Below are positions 28,306 to 37,959 of a DNA stretch of 64,000 bases, one piece after another. The notes under the pieces were generated by a model. That model had not been told where the DNA came from. It ran no database searches and saw only the letters and a program-made list of their open reading frames with translations. The position numbers and the translations under genes were made by a program. This DNA is from Chlamydiota bacterium (lineage in GTDB: Bacteria; Auribacterota; Tritonobacteria; UBA1439). Location: the NCBI GenBank assembly GCA_012729785.1, contig JAAYCL010000044.1, forward strand, positions 34,752-98,751. Direction: 5' to 3'. How positions within the stretch are numbered: the stretch's first letter is position 1; the number at the start of each line of letters is the position of its first letter.

Positions 28306-29331
28306 TCAATCGTTGCGGCGTTTCCCCGCGAGGATCTTCGAGAACCCCTCGATTTCGCCGACCCCGTAGCCGAGGTGCGTGAGAAGGAGGGCGGCGAAGA
28401 CGAGGGGGATGCGGGCGGGGCGACGCGCCCGGATGGAGGCGAGGCAGGCCGTAACGGCCATCGCGGGGAGGTAGACGAGGGGGAGAAGAAGCGGGCGCCA
28501 GAGGAGCCCCAGCGGCGAGAAGGCGAGGCCGAGGAGGAGGAGGAGGGGGGCGAGGTAGTGGAGGTTCAGCATCGCGGGCTCCCGGACGAGGAGCACCCCG
28601 CGCGCCCTGCCGTAGCGCCGCATGTTGCGCCACCAGGAGAGGGGGGTCGACCGGTACCGGTGATAGACGACCGGGAGGGGGGAATAGAGAAGTTTTCTTC
28701 CCGAGGTGAGGATGCGGTAGGAGAAATCGGCATCCTCCCCCTCGTTTTCTAGGCGGTCGTCGAAAAAGCCGATGCGATCGAAGAGACCCCGCTCGTAGAT
28801 GACGTTCAACGAGGGGAGGTCGTCGACGAATCTCTCCCGAGGGTGGCACATCCCCGTCACCCGGCCGCCGCTCCCGACCCAGGTGTTGAGGGCGAGTTTC
28901 AGCGCTTCCACGAACGGGGGGCTCCCCTCGGGGATGAGGCTGGGGCCGCCGACCGCGGCGACACGCGCGTCCCTCTCCCGCGCCTCGCGGAATACCGCCG
29001 CGAGGGAGGAAAGCCACCGGGGAGCGGCGACGCAGTCGGCGTCGATGAAGGCGACGAATGGGGCGCGGGATTCCCGTACGCCGGTGTTGCGGGCGACGGC
29101 CGTCCCCTTTCTCGGTTCGACGACGACGCGGATGCACGGGTGGCGCAGGGCGCGGGCGCGGGCGATCTCCAGGGTGCCGTCGCTGGAATCCCCGTCCACC
29201 ACGATCACCTCGAAGGAGCCCGAAGAAAACTCCTGTCCCGCGACGGAATCCAGGCACGCGGCGATGTTGTTTCGCTCGTTATAGCAGACGACGACCACGG
29301 AGAGATCGAGCGCGCGGGGCGTGTCGGTCAC
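28306..29331 (-). CDS. GT2-family glycosyltransferase with C-terminal TM segments
   Basis: LSVVVVCYNERNNIAACL...VVDGDSSDGT...FIDADC are the GT-A DxD motifs. Hydrophobic C-terminus. Confidence 0.85.
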   Translation of the reverse strand: MTDTPRALDLSVVVVCYNERNNIAACLDSVAGQEFSSGSFEVIVVDGDSSDGTLEIARARALRHPCIRVVVEPRKGTAVARNTGVRESRAPFVAFIDADCVAAPRWLSSLAAVFREARERDARVAAVGGPSLIPEGSPPFVEALKLALNTWVGSGGRVTGMCHPRERFVDDLPSLNVIYERGLFDRIGFFDDRLENEGEDADFSYRILTSGRKLLYSPLPVVYHRYRSTPLSWWRNMRRYGRARGVLLVREPAMLNLHYLAPLLLLLGLAFSPLGLLWRPLLLPLVYLPAMAVTACLASIRARRPARIPLVFAALLLTHLGYGVGEIEGFSKILAGKRRND

Positions 29332-29350
29332 GGCTGCCCTCCCTGCCCGG

Positions 29351-30802
29351 TCAGCGGCGCCGCCTCAGGCCGCGCGCGAGGTACGCGGCGTAGCGCCGGG
29401 CCGACCGCAGATTCCTTCTCCCCTCCGACGGCCTGAGGGCCGACTGGACGAGCTTACGGGCGAGGTAACGAGGGTTGAAGTGGTAGGAGCGGTACGCCCG
29501 TTCGCAGAACCGCTCCATCTCCTCCATCGAGATGCCGGGGAGCGACAGCGGACTCGCGTGGGAGAGGGAGGGGCTCATCCACTTCGAATAGTCCTCGGTC
29601 AGCAGGTAGCCGTGCGCCTTCGCCCACGCGTACGCCTCGGTCCCCGGGTAGACGATGAGCGGGTAGAACTGGAAGCTGTCGCAGGCCAGCTCCTTCGCGA
29701 AGCGGAGGCTCTCCGCCATCGTCTCCCGCGTCTCGCCGGGGTTTCCGACCATGATGCAGCCGTGGACGAGGATACCCGCCCGGCGCGCGTTTTTCACGAA
29801 GGCGCGGGACTGTTCCAGACGCAGCCCCTTCTTCATCCTGTTCAGGAGCTCCTGGCTCCCGCTCTCGAACCCGACGGTCACCAGCCGGCACCCGGCCTCC
29901 TTCATGGCGGCGAGCGTCTCGTACTCCAGGTCCGCGCGCACGTTCGTGTACCATTTCAGCCGGTTCCTCTGCCCGACGAGGAGCTCGCAGATCCTCCGCG
30001 CCCTCCCGCGATCCACGGTGAACGTGTCGTCCTCGAGGCCGATCTCCCGGGCCTCGGGGAGATTCGCCGCGATGAAGGCGAACTCGGCGGCCACGTTCTC
30101 CGGGCTTCGAGGACGGAACCTCCGCCCGTGAAACGTCTGGGGGTAGACGCAGAAGAAGCAGCGCTGCGGGCAGCCGCGCGCGCTTATGATCTGGACGACC
30201 GGGTAGTCCGCGGCGGCGAAGTAGTAGTCGCGGATATCGAGGTGTTTCCGGTAGGTTTCGCTGACGAACGGGAGCTCGTCGAGATCTTCGATGAGGGGGC
30301 GGGGGGCCGTGCGGAGGCAGATGCCGCCCCGCCGTATGCAGAGGCCGGCCACCCCCGCCGGATCGCCGCCGGCCTTCAGACGGCGCGCGAGGTCGCGGAG
30401 CGTGTAGTCGTATTCCCCGAGCGCGACGGCGTCGACCCGGGGGGCGAGCGCGAGCGTCTCCTCGGGGAGGGCGGTGGGGTGCGTGCCCGTCAGGACGACG
30501 AACGCGCGGGGGAGGGTCTCCTTGAGGGACTCGGCCACCTCCGCGTCGTTGTAGATGCTGGGGGTGCTGGTGTCGCAGACGACGATGTCGGGGGAGAAGT
30601 CCGCGGCCCGCGAGAGAACCTCCCCCCGCGCGAAGCCCCGGGCGGGGGCGTCGAGGAGCAGGCAGTCGAAGCCGTCCTTTTCCAGCACACCGGTCGCCGC
30701 GGCGAGCCAGAACGGGTAGTAGAGCGTCCCACCCTTCGTCACCGCGGGGCTTCGTTGCGACCTGGAGAACCGCGGGTGGAATGGGGGGTTCAGCACCAGC
30801 AC
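29351..30802 (-). CDS. Cobalamin-binding (class B) radical SAM protein
   Basis: GTG 30802 lies 2 nt after the stop of the upstream GT2. N-terminus KVLVLNPPFHP is typical of the B12-binding domain. Radical SAM motif ISARGCPQRCFFC. Confidence 0.8.
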   Translation of the reverse strand: MLVLNPPFHPRFSRSQRSPAVTKGGTLYYPFWLAAATGVLEKDGFDCLLLDAPARGFARGEVLSRAADFSPDIVVCDTSTPSIYNDAEVAESLKETLPRAFVVLTGTHPTALPEETLALAPRVDAVALGEYDYTLRDLARRLKAGGDPAGVAGLCIRRGGICLRTAPRPLIEDLDELPFVSETYRKHLDIRDYYFAAADYPVVQIISARGCPQRCFFCVYPQTFHGRRFRPRSPENVAAEFAFIAANLPEAREIGLEDDTFTVDRGRARRICELLVGQRNRLKWYTNVRADLEYETLAAMKEAGCRLVTVGFESGSQELLNRMKKGLRLEQSRAFVKNARRAGILVHGCIMVGNPGETRETMAESLRFAKELACDSFQFYPLIVYPGTEAYAWAKAHGYLLTEDYSKWMSPSLSHASPLSLPGISMEEMERFCERAYRSYHFNPRYLARKLVQSALRPSEGRRNLRSARRYAAYLARGLRRRR

Positions 30803-30804
30803 CT

Positions 30805-31980
30805 TCAGAGCTGGCCCCTCCGTTTCATGTCGAGCATGCTGAGGAAGAACGAGGAGAAGAAGGTCTGGATGCCGATGATCATCAGGGCCGCCGCAAGCGC
30901 GGCCCTGTTGAGCTCCACGACGGTGATGCTGAAACGGACCTTCACCGCGGTGTGGAAGACATACGCGTCGATGCCGAAGCCGACGAGGAATACGACGCTG
31001 CCGAGCAGCAGGCCTCTCTCCAGACTGAAGCGGCGGTAGAAGCGCGTGATGAACCGTGCGTCGTCCTCGAACTGCGCCTCGTAGGAGTAGGTCTTCGCGT
31101 ACAGGCCGAGCAGGATGATCTGGAAACCCAGGATGGCCAGGACGGTTCCAGCGAGCGAAAAGTGGGTCCCGTAGCCGTGGCCGCCGATCCAGACAAGGCC
31201 GCCGGTGAGCCCGAGGAGCGGGATGAAACCGAGGGCCATGAAGACCGCCCCGGGGACGAAGAACAGGTAGGTGGGGCTGTACATCAGCATGAAGCGCAGG
31301 TGGCGGTAGCCGTCGCTGAAGGTCCTGAGGTGGGGCCTCCCGCTGCGCCCGTCCCGGTGGAGGGTGATCGGTATCTCGGCGATCCGCATCTTGGCCTTGC
31401 ACGCCTTCACGATCATCTCGGAGGCGAACTCCATACCGACGGTTTTGAGGCGGAGCCTGCGGTACGCCTCCTTGGTGAGCGAGCGCATGCCGCAGTGGGC
31501 GTCGGAGACGCGGCCGCCGAAGAAAAGCCGCAGCATCCAGGACAGCACCGGATTACCGAGGTACCGGTGGAGCCAGGGCATCGCCCCCGGTTCGATGGAG
31601 CCCTTGAACCGGGAGCCCATGACCATGTCGAATCCCTGCTGCAACGGGGTGACGAAGCGCCCGACCTCCGACCAGTCGTAGCTGTCGTCGGAGTCGGCCA
31701 TGACGATGTGCCTTCCGCGCGCCTCATCCAGCCCTCGGAGGTAGGCGCTTCCGTACCCCTTGACCGGCTCGCGGACCACGCGGGCTCCGCGCGCGGCGGC
31801 GATCTCCGCGGATCGGTCGGTGGAGCCGTTGTCGACGACGATGACCTCCCAGGGCAGGTTCAGGCGCGTGAGGGCGCGCACCGCCTTCTCCACGCATGTC
31901 CCGATGGTCTCCTCCTCGTTCAGGCACGGCATGACCGCGGAGACCTCAATTTCGCCACGCCTTCCTGCGTCGCTGTTCAA
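30805..31980 (-). CDS. GT2-family glycosyltransferase with C-terminal membrane domain (DPM1/GtrB-like)
   Basis: VSAVMPCLNEEETI...VVDNGSTDRS...MADSDDSYD, followed by a C-terminal domain of 4 TM helices. Confidence 0.85.
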   Translation of the reverse strand: MNSDAGRRGEIEVSAVMPCLNEEETIGTCVEKAVRALTRLNLPWEVIVVDNGSTDRSAEIAAARGARVVREPVKGYGSAYLRGLDEARGRHIVMADSDDSYDWSEVGRFVTPLQQGFDMVMGSRFKGSIEPGAMPWLHRYLGNPVLSWMLRLFFGGRVSDAHCGMRSLTKEAYRRLRLKTVGMEFASEMIVKACKAKMRIAEIPITLHRDGRSGRPHLRTFSDGYRHLRFMLMYSPTYLFFVPGAVFMALGFIPLLGLTGGLVWIGGHGYGTHFSLAGTVLAILGFQIILLGLYAKTYSYEAQFEDDARFITRFYRRFSLERGLLLGSVVFLVGFGIDAYVFHTAVKVRFSITVVELNRAALAAALMIIGIQTFFSSFFLSMLDMKRRGQL

Positions 31981-32138
31981 TGGCGTTCTCGCTTTCTGTG
32001 CGCACGGCGCCGCCCGCGTGCCCGCCGACCCCGTCGCACAAAGATACTACAAACGGCGGCGCGGCGCAATGCGGATAAGGCCATGACGGGGTTCCGGGAA
32101 TGCCCTCTCCACGCCTGTGGCACGCGGTCGCCATATCA

Positions 32139-32164
32139 CGCGGCGTCATGTCGCGCGGCGTCAT
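32139..32164. repeat. Direct repeat CGCGGCGTCAT x2 (4-nt spacer) abutting the -35 box
   Basis: Copies at 32139-32149 and 32154-32164. The second ends in the TTGACA hexamer. Confidence 0.55.
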
Positions 32165-32193
32165 TGACAGGGCGTTCTTGTGTGCGCAATAAT
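32164..32193 (+). promoter_or_regulatory. Sigma70-like promoter: TTGACA -35, 18-nt spacer, AATAAT -10
   Basis: TTGACA 32164-32169; AATAAT 32188-32193. Lies ~57 nt upstream of ATG 32250 (RBS GAGGAG). It is the only perfect -35 hexamer noticed in the intergenic regions. Confidence 0.5.
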
Positions 32194-32249
32194 GCTGTCT
32201 TTGGGCGTGTTCTCCCGGCGCGCATGAGAGGCACGAGGAGTCTCCGTTG

Positions 32250-33494
32250 ATGGGCAGGCGGGCAAGAAGAACGGCGATCTCGTGCGCCTGCGTTCTCCTC
32301 CTCTACTTCGTCTGCGAACTGGTCTCCGTTGCCGGCATGCGGCTCGCCGATCTCAGGCGCGGGTATAGGCTGGAGTTCGGGGTGCCCGTGCTTGATGAGG
32401 AGCGGATGCGGGAGCTCCGGGCGCTGCTCGCGTCCGGGGACGGCGCCCGCGGCATGATCGTGCACGACCCCGACCTGGGATGGAGACTCCGGCCCGGGTA
32501 TTCGGGGGGGGGGCAGCGCACCAACGCCGCCGGCCTCGTGGCGACCCGGGAATACGATCAACGCCCCGCCCCGGGAACGGCGAGGATCGCGGCGTTCGGC
32601 GACTCGTTCACGCAGTGCGTCGTGCCGAACGAGGCGACCTGGGAACAACTGCTCGAGGAATCCTGCCGGGGCATAGAGGTGTTGAATTTCGGCGTCAGCG
32701 CCTACGGCCCCGACCAGGCGTACCTCCGCTACGCGCGCGAGGGGCGGAAGTATCATCCGGGGATCGTGCTCATCGGCTATATGACGGAGAACCTCGCGCG
32801 GCTGGTCAATGTCTTCAGGCCGTACGCGGACCCGATGAATGCCCCCCTCGCGAAGCCCCGGTTCACGCGTGCGGAGGGGCCCCTCGAACTGGTCCCGAAC
32901 CCCCTGGCTGACAGGAATGCCCTCATGGAGCTCCTGTCGTTGAACGAAAACCCCGCGCTCCGGGACCGCCTCGGCCGGCACGATAACTACTACCGGAGGT
33001 ATTATTACCGGCGTCCCCCGCGGCTGGTGCGCTATTCGCCGCTCGCGCGGCTCGCCTTCAGCGTTTTTCTGGTGGGGGACTGGAAGCTGCGGGACCTGAC
33101 CATGACGAACATCCACGCCGCGGACGGCCGCTACAACACCGGGTCGGAGGCGTACCGCCTCCTCGAAGCGCTGCTGCTCCAATGGACGGGGGAGATCGTG
33201 CGCGACGGCGCCGTTCCGGTCGTGCTCGTCTTTCCGCAACGATCCGACATCGAGCGGTGGCGCGGGGGAGAGGGGATGAAGCAGTACGAGCCGCTCCTTG
33301 AGTTTTTGCAGGGGGCGCGGATCGCCTGCATCGATCTTATGGATGCGTTCCCGCCCCGCGAGACGGCCGAGGCGTTCACCGCGGATGGCCACTACAGCGC
33401 GCTCGGCAACCGCCTCGTCGCCGCCCGTGTCGGCGAGGCGCTGGTGCGCCGGGGGCTTGTCGCGGGGCCGTGCCAAGGGATGGGGATGCCGTGA
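32250..33494 (+). CDS. SGNH/GDSL-family hydrolase
   Basis: Block I IAAFGDSFTQC. N-terminal TM anchor. Paralog of the 16189 gene. Confidence 0.8.
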   Translation: MGRRARRTAISCACVLLLYFVCELVSVAGMRLADLRRGYRLEFGVPVLDEERMRELRALLASGDGARGMIVHDPDLGWRLRPGYSGGGQRTNAAGLVATREYDQRPAPGTARIAAFGDSFTQCVVPNEATWEQLLEESCRGIEVLNFGVSAYGPDQAYLRYAREGRKYHPGIVLIGYMTENLARLVNVFRPYADPMNAPLAKPRFTRAEGPLELVPNPLADRNALMELLSLNENPALRDRLGRHDNYYRRYYYRRPPRLVRYSPLARLAFSVFLVGDWKLRDLTMTNIHAADGRYNTGSEAYRLLEALLLQWTGEIVRDGAVPVVLVFPQRSDIERWRGGEGMKQYEPLLEFLQGARIACIDLMDAFPPRETAEAFTADGHYSALGNRLVAARVGEALVRRGLVAGPCQGMGMP

Positions 33495-35173
33495 CGAAGG
33501 CCGGCGCACAACTCACGATGCTCCTCCTCACCGTCGTCGTCGGGGCGGCGATCCTGGCGCCGTATGTGGGGTACCAGGATGTTTTGGACCAGTCGGATCG
33601 CGGGCGGGACCTCTACTGCTTCAAGAAGACGATGGACGGCGCAACGGTCTACAGGGACTACTGGTGGATTTACGGGCCGGCCATGCCGTACTACTACAGC
33701 TTGTTCTACCGGGCGATGGGCGTGAGCGTGCGGAGCGTGCTGGCCGGACAGTGCGTCCTGCTGCTCCTCTGCGGCGTCCTGATCTTCCTGACGGCGGCGC
33801 TTTTCGTTTCGCCGGGCTGCGCCTGTCTCGCCTCGGTCGTCTTCTGGGTGTATTACCCGGATTTTCCCCACACCTACGTCTATACGGGCGCCGTCGCCTG
33901 CATGCTGCTCGCCCTCTACTTCCTTGTCCGTTACATCCGCCGCCCGGGGCTCCCGTCCCTCCTCCTCTGCGCCGCGGCCGCGGCGGTCGCCGGCATGGTC
34001 AAGCTCAATATCGGGGCGGCCCTCTTCTGCGCCTCGCTCGCCGCCGCCTTTGTCGCGGACCTCCTGCGGGAGGGGCTCTGCGGCCTCGGGGGCAGGCTGC
34101 GGCGCTACGCCGCCTCCGCCTCCCTCTTCGGCGGGGGGATTGTCCTCGGCTACCTGCCGTTCACCCGGGGGTTGCCGGGGGTCGTCAGGTCCCAGTCGTT
34201 CCCCTTCTCGAACCCGCAGCGCTCCTCCCTGCCGCCGCTCCTCCCCCGCCTCCGGGGAATCGCGGAGATCGCCGCCGAGCAGTTTTCTCTGGACTGGCGC
34301 TACCCCCTCCTGCTCGCGGTGTGCCTGGCGTGTCTCGCGCGGGGGCTCTGGCTGATCGCGCGGAACAGGCCGATTGCCGCGCCCCGTTCCGAGCTCGGCG
34401 CCGCGATGATCGCCTTTCTGCTCATCGCCCTCTTCTCGATTCACGAATACTTCATGAACATCTTTGCGATTTACTATCAGCTGATCTGGGCCTTCCCCCC
34501 CCTCTACCTCCTCTTCGTCCTCGCCGTGTGGACGGGAACGCGCGGCCTCCCCGCTCTTGCGCGCCGGGCGGTCGCGGCACTGGTCGTTGTCTGCGCGGCG
34601 ACGAGCCTCGCCTCGACCGCGCAAACGATACGGCGCTCCATGGTCCCCGCGCAGCACCTGGGATTCGCGAGGGGCGGGGTGTACCTGAACCCCGCCAACA
34701 ATCCGCCGGAGTGGCTCGCGACCGTCCGGGGCGCCGTGGATTATCTGATGCGCAACGTCGGGAAAGATGAGAAGATAGCCGCGTTTCCCTACGATACCCT
34801 TTACTGCTTCCTGAGTGAGCGCGACAGCGCCATCCGCCAGCAGGAGATTCTGGCGCTGAGCCATCCCACCGAGGAGCAGGAGCGGGAGATCATCGCGTCG
34901 ATGGAGCGGCAGAACGTGAGGTGGGCGGTGCTCTCCAACCTGTATCGCACCACGGAGCCCGGGAAGGGCGCCGGCTTCGGCCTCGTCTGCTGCCGCACGC
35001 TTAGCGGGTATCTCGAGGAGCATTTCGACATCGCGTCGGTTTTCGGGCCGTGGCGCACCGACCCGCCGTGGTGGATCGAGGGGCACGGGGTGGCGATTCT
35101 CCGGAGAAGGGAAATCCCCGGCAGGGAGACGCTCTTCTGGTGGGGGAGCGCAAGGAGGGTGACGGTAAAATGA
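33491..35173 (+). CDS. Polytopic membrane protein with C-terminal soluble domain (unassigned family)
   Basis: GTG 33491 overlaps the upstream stop (GTGA). About 11 TM helices. Alternative ATG at 33518. Confidence 0.6.
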   Translation: MTKAGAQLTMLLLTVVVGAAILAPYVGYQDVLDQSDRGRDLYCFKKTMDGATVYRDYWWIYGPAMPYYYSLFYRAMGVSVRSVLAGQCVLLLLCGVLIFLTAALFVSPGCACLASVVFWVYYPDFPHTYVYTGAVACMLLALYFLVRYIRRPGLPSLLLCAAAAAVAGMVKLNIGAALFCASLAAAFVADLLREGLCGLGGRLRRYAASASLFGGGIVLGYLPFTRGLPGVVRSQSFPFSNPQRSSLPPLLPRLRGIAEIAAEQFSLDWRYPLLLAVCLACLARGLWLIARNRPIAAPRSELGAAMIAFLLIALFSIHEYFMNIFAIYYQLIWAFPPLYLLFVLAVWTGTRGLPALARRAVAALVVVCAATSLASTAQTIRRSMVPAQHLGFARGGVYLNPANNPPEWLATVRGAVDYLMRNVGKDEKIAAFPYDTLYCFLSERDSAIRQQEILALSHPTEEQEREIIASMERQNVRWAVLSNLYRTTEPGKGAGFGLVCCRTLSGYLEEHFDIASVFGPWRTDPPWWIEGHGVAILRRREIPGRETLFWWGSARRVTVK

Positions 35174-36288
35174 AGGTGCTGATACGCCCCGCCCGCTACG
35201 ACGCCATCGGCGGCCCTATCGAGGAGATCCTCGACTCGTTTTCGCTTCGATGGAAGGGGGCGCGGGTCCTCGTCAAGCCGAACGTGCTCGGGCCGTGGAC
35301 CGCGGATGCGGGCGTCACCACGCACCCGTCCGTGGTCGCGGCGCTCGTGCGCGCCCTTGCGGCGCGCGGCGTTGGGAAAATCATGGTGGGGGACAACCCC
35401 GGTCTTCGCGGCTACGCTGAGAACGAGCGCTGCTTCAGGACCTGCGGTCTGATGGAGGCGGCGGGGGGGCAGTACGTCAACCTTGGGAGGAGCCCGGTCA
35501 AGGTGAAATTCAACTCCCGCTATGCCTCCGAGGTCACCGTCTCGAAGGAGGTGCTCGACTGCGATATCCTCGTCTCGGTCCCCAAGTTCAAGACGCACGC
35601 CCTCACCATGCTCACGGGCGCGGTGAAGAACACCTACGGCTACATCGTGGGGGCGGAGAAGGCGCTCCTTCACGCCGCGGCGACCTCCCCCGAGAGGTTC
35701 GGCGAGGTCGTGGCGGATGTCTACGCCGTGCGCCCCCCGGACCTGTCGATCATGGACGCGGTGGTCTGCATGGAGGGGAAGGGGCCGTCGGGCGGGGCGC
35801 TTCGGCAGGCGGGGAAGCTGATCGCCTCGGATAACGCCGTCTGCCTCGACGCCGTGATGTGCTCCATGGCGGGCGTCGCGCCCGAGAAGATCCCCACGCT
35901 CAGGATCGCCCACGCGCGCGGGTTCGGGGAGATCGACCTCTCGAAAATCGAGGTGGATGGCCCTCTCGAACCGATCAGGGATTTCTCGATGCCGGGCACC
36001 TTCACGGCCGGACTCTTCGGATACATCATCCATCGTTTCGTCTTCCCCCGGCTCCGCACGAAGCCGCGGTTCAATATGCGCACATGCACCAGGTGCAAGG
36101 CCTGCTACGAGCTGTGCCCCGTGAAGGCGATCTCCTGGGACGACGGGCCGGTGCTCAAGCGGGAGAAATGCATCTCCTGCTTCTGCTGCATGGAGAGCTG
36201 CCCCTCCAACGCCGTGGAGCTGAGGGGCGTGCTCTACAAGGTCAGGGATGCCCTGACGAAAAGGACCGCCGGCGGCCCCTGCGGGTGA
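35170..36288 (+). CDS. DUF362-domain protein with C-terminal 2x[4Fe-4S] ferredoxin-type motifs
   Basis: ATGA overlap with the upstream gene. DUF362-like core (VLVKPNVLGPW...ILVSVPKFKTHALTMLTGAVKN). The C-terminal motifs are CTRCKACYELCP and CISCFCCMESCP. Confidence 0.75.
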   Translation: MKVLIRPARYDAIGGPIEEILDSFSLRWKGARVLVKPNVLGPWTADAGVTTHPSVVAALVRALAARGVGKIMVGDNPGLRGYAENERCFRTCGLMEAAGGQYVNLGRSPVKVKFNSRYASEVTVSKEVLDCDILVSVPKFKTHALTMLTGAVKNTYGYIVGAEKALLHAAATSPERFGEVVADVYAVRPPDLSIMDAVVCMEGKGPSGGALRQAGKLIASDNAVCLDAVMCSMAGVAPEKIPTLRIAHARGFGEIDLSKIEVDGPLEPIRDFSMPGTFTAGLFGYIIHRFVFPRLRTKPRFNMRTCTRCKACYELCPVKAISWDDGPVLKREKCISCFCCMESCPSNAVELRGVLYKVRDALTKRTAGGPCG

Positions 36289-36377
36289 GCGCATCGGCTG
36301 GGCCCGGTTCACCCTGCGCCACCGGGAGACGCATCAGAAGAGCCGGTGCCCGGGTAGCGCATGGTCCCCCAAACGAA

Positions 36378-37844
36378 ATGAAGATTCTTTTGCTGCAGCC
36401 GAGATTTACCTATTCGCGCTATATGCAGATCGCAGTGGAGATGCCGCTGGGCCTCTGCTCCCTCGCGGCGGTCGCCCGGCAGCGCGGCCACACGGTGGTG
36501 ATTGTCGACTGTCTCGCGGAGGGGGTTGCGAACGCGGTGAGGGAGGGTGACCTCACCACCTACGGCCTCCCGGATGAGGAGATCGAAAGAAGAATCAACG
36601 AGTTCCACCCCGACCTGGTCGGAGTGAGCTGCCTCTTCAGCGCGCAGTACGGGAACGCACGCCGGCTCTGCGAGCTCACGAAACGCGTGGCGCCGCGCGC
36701 CATCACGGTGATGGGCGGGATGCACCCCACGGTCAAGCCCCGCGAGGTTCTGTCCGAGGAGTCGGTGGATTTCATCTTCCAGGGCGAGTCCGACATCACC
36801 TTCTCCGACTTCGCCGACGCCCTGGAGCGCGGAGACGGGTACGGCGACATCGACGGTCTCGGCTACAAGCGGGATGGGGTCCTCGTGATCAACAGGAAGG
36901 AGCACTTCATCGCGGACCTCGACGCCCTCCCGTTCCCCGCCAGGGATCTGCTGAAGGTCGACTGCTACTACCGGGCGGCGCGGGCACACGGCTTTGTCTT
37001 GACGCACAGTAAGAACATGAATCTGATCACCAGCCGCGGCTGCCCGGCGCGGTGCATCTTCTGCACCATCTTCCTCGTATGGGGAAGGCGGTTCAGGGCG
37101 CGGAGCCCCGAGAACGTCCTCGCGGAGCTCGAGCAGATGAAACGGGATTTCGGGGTCCGGCACGTGCAGTTTGAGGACGACAACCTGACATACGACATCG
37201 GCCGCGCAAAGAGGATCTTCAGGGGGATGATCGACCGGCGTCTGGGCCTCGCGTGGAACACCCCCAACGGTGTCGCGCTCTGGTCGCTGGACGAGGAGGC
37301 GCTCGATCTGATGAAACGGGCCGGGTGCTACTACGTCAAGTTTGCCATCGAATCCGGGAACCAGCGGGTGCTCTCCCGGGTGATAAAGAAGCCCCAGGAC
37401 CTTGCGCGCGCCCGGCGACTCATCGAGTATGCGCGCTCCCTGGGGATGATGGTCGGCTCGTTCTTTGTGGTGGGCCTCCCCGGGGAGACGAGGGAGGAGA
37501 TGCAGGATTCGTTCGACTTCCGGTACACGACACGGCTGGACTACACCGTCTACATCGCCGCCAAACCGGAGCACGGGACCGAGCTCCGGCGGCTGTGCGA
37601 AGAAAAGGGGTATCTCCGGAAGCACACCGACCTGGAACTCGAGGGGGGCGAGGGGTTCATCGAGACGCCGGAGTTTACGCCCGAGTGGCTCAGAAACAAG
37701 ATCGCACGGGAAAACAAGCGATACCTGCGCTTCCTCATCACACACCAGCCGGGCACCCTCCTCTCGCTCGGGTGGCTTATCTTCAAGCGGGACCCGCTGA
37801 TCGTCGTGAAACACCTTGCGCACACGCTGGGGTTGACAAGATGA
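36378..37844 (+). CDS. Cobalamin-binding (class B) radical SAM protein
   Basis: MKILLLQPRF... (B12-binding domain), then TSRGCPARCIFC. Confidence 0.85.
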   Translation: MKILLLQPRFTYSRYMQIAVEMPLGLCSLAAVARQRGHTVVIVDCLAEGVANAVREGDLTTYGLPDEEIERRINEFHPDLVGVSCLFSAQYGNARRLCELTKRVAPRAITVMGGMHPTVKPREVLSEESVDFIFQGESDITFSDFADALERGDGYGDIDGLGYKRDGVLVINRKEHFIADLDALPFPARDLLKVDCYYRAARAHGFVLTHSKNMNLITSRGCPARCIFCTIFLVWGRRFRARSPENVLAELEQMKRDFGVRHVQFEDDNLTYDIGRAKRIFRGMIDRRLGLAWNTPNGVALWSLDEEALDLMKRAGCYYVKFAIESGNQRVLSRVIKKPQDLARARRLIEYARSLGMMVGSFFVVGLPGETREEMQDSFDFRYTTRLDYTVYIAAKPEHGTELRRLCEEKGYLRKHTDLELEGGEGFIETPEFTPEWLRNKIARENKRYLRFLITHQPGTLLSLGWLIFKRDPLIVVKHLAHTLGLTR

Positions 37845-37959
37845 CGCCGCACCGTGAGAGAATGAGGCTCCGTCGCGGCTTTTGCCGCGGGTGCCTCCCC
37901 CGGCGCGATCGAGGAGGCACGGCGGTCTGGGCGGCCGTTGCGCCTGGAGGGTGGACTCG

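Noticed and set aside
25490-28369. Plus-strand 959-aa ORF
   Set aside because: Antisense to the rSAM-SPASM and B12-rSAM genes. No motifs.
26771-29257. 828-aa extent of the minus-strand ORF
   Set aside because: The upstream 357 codons overlap the GT2 gene (28306..29331) and are Pro/Arg-rich. The real gene starts at the internal ATG 28186 (MTRNGHG...), preceded by a 119-nt gap.
29351-31402. 683-aa extent of the minus-strand ORF
   Set aside because: The upstream 200 codons overlap the GT2 gene 30805..31980. The B12-domain consensus begins at KVLVLNPP with GTG 30802.
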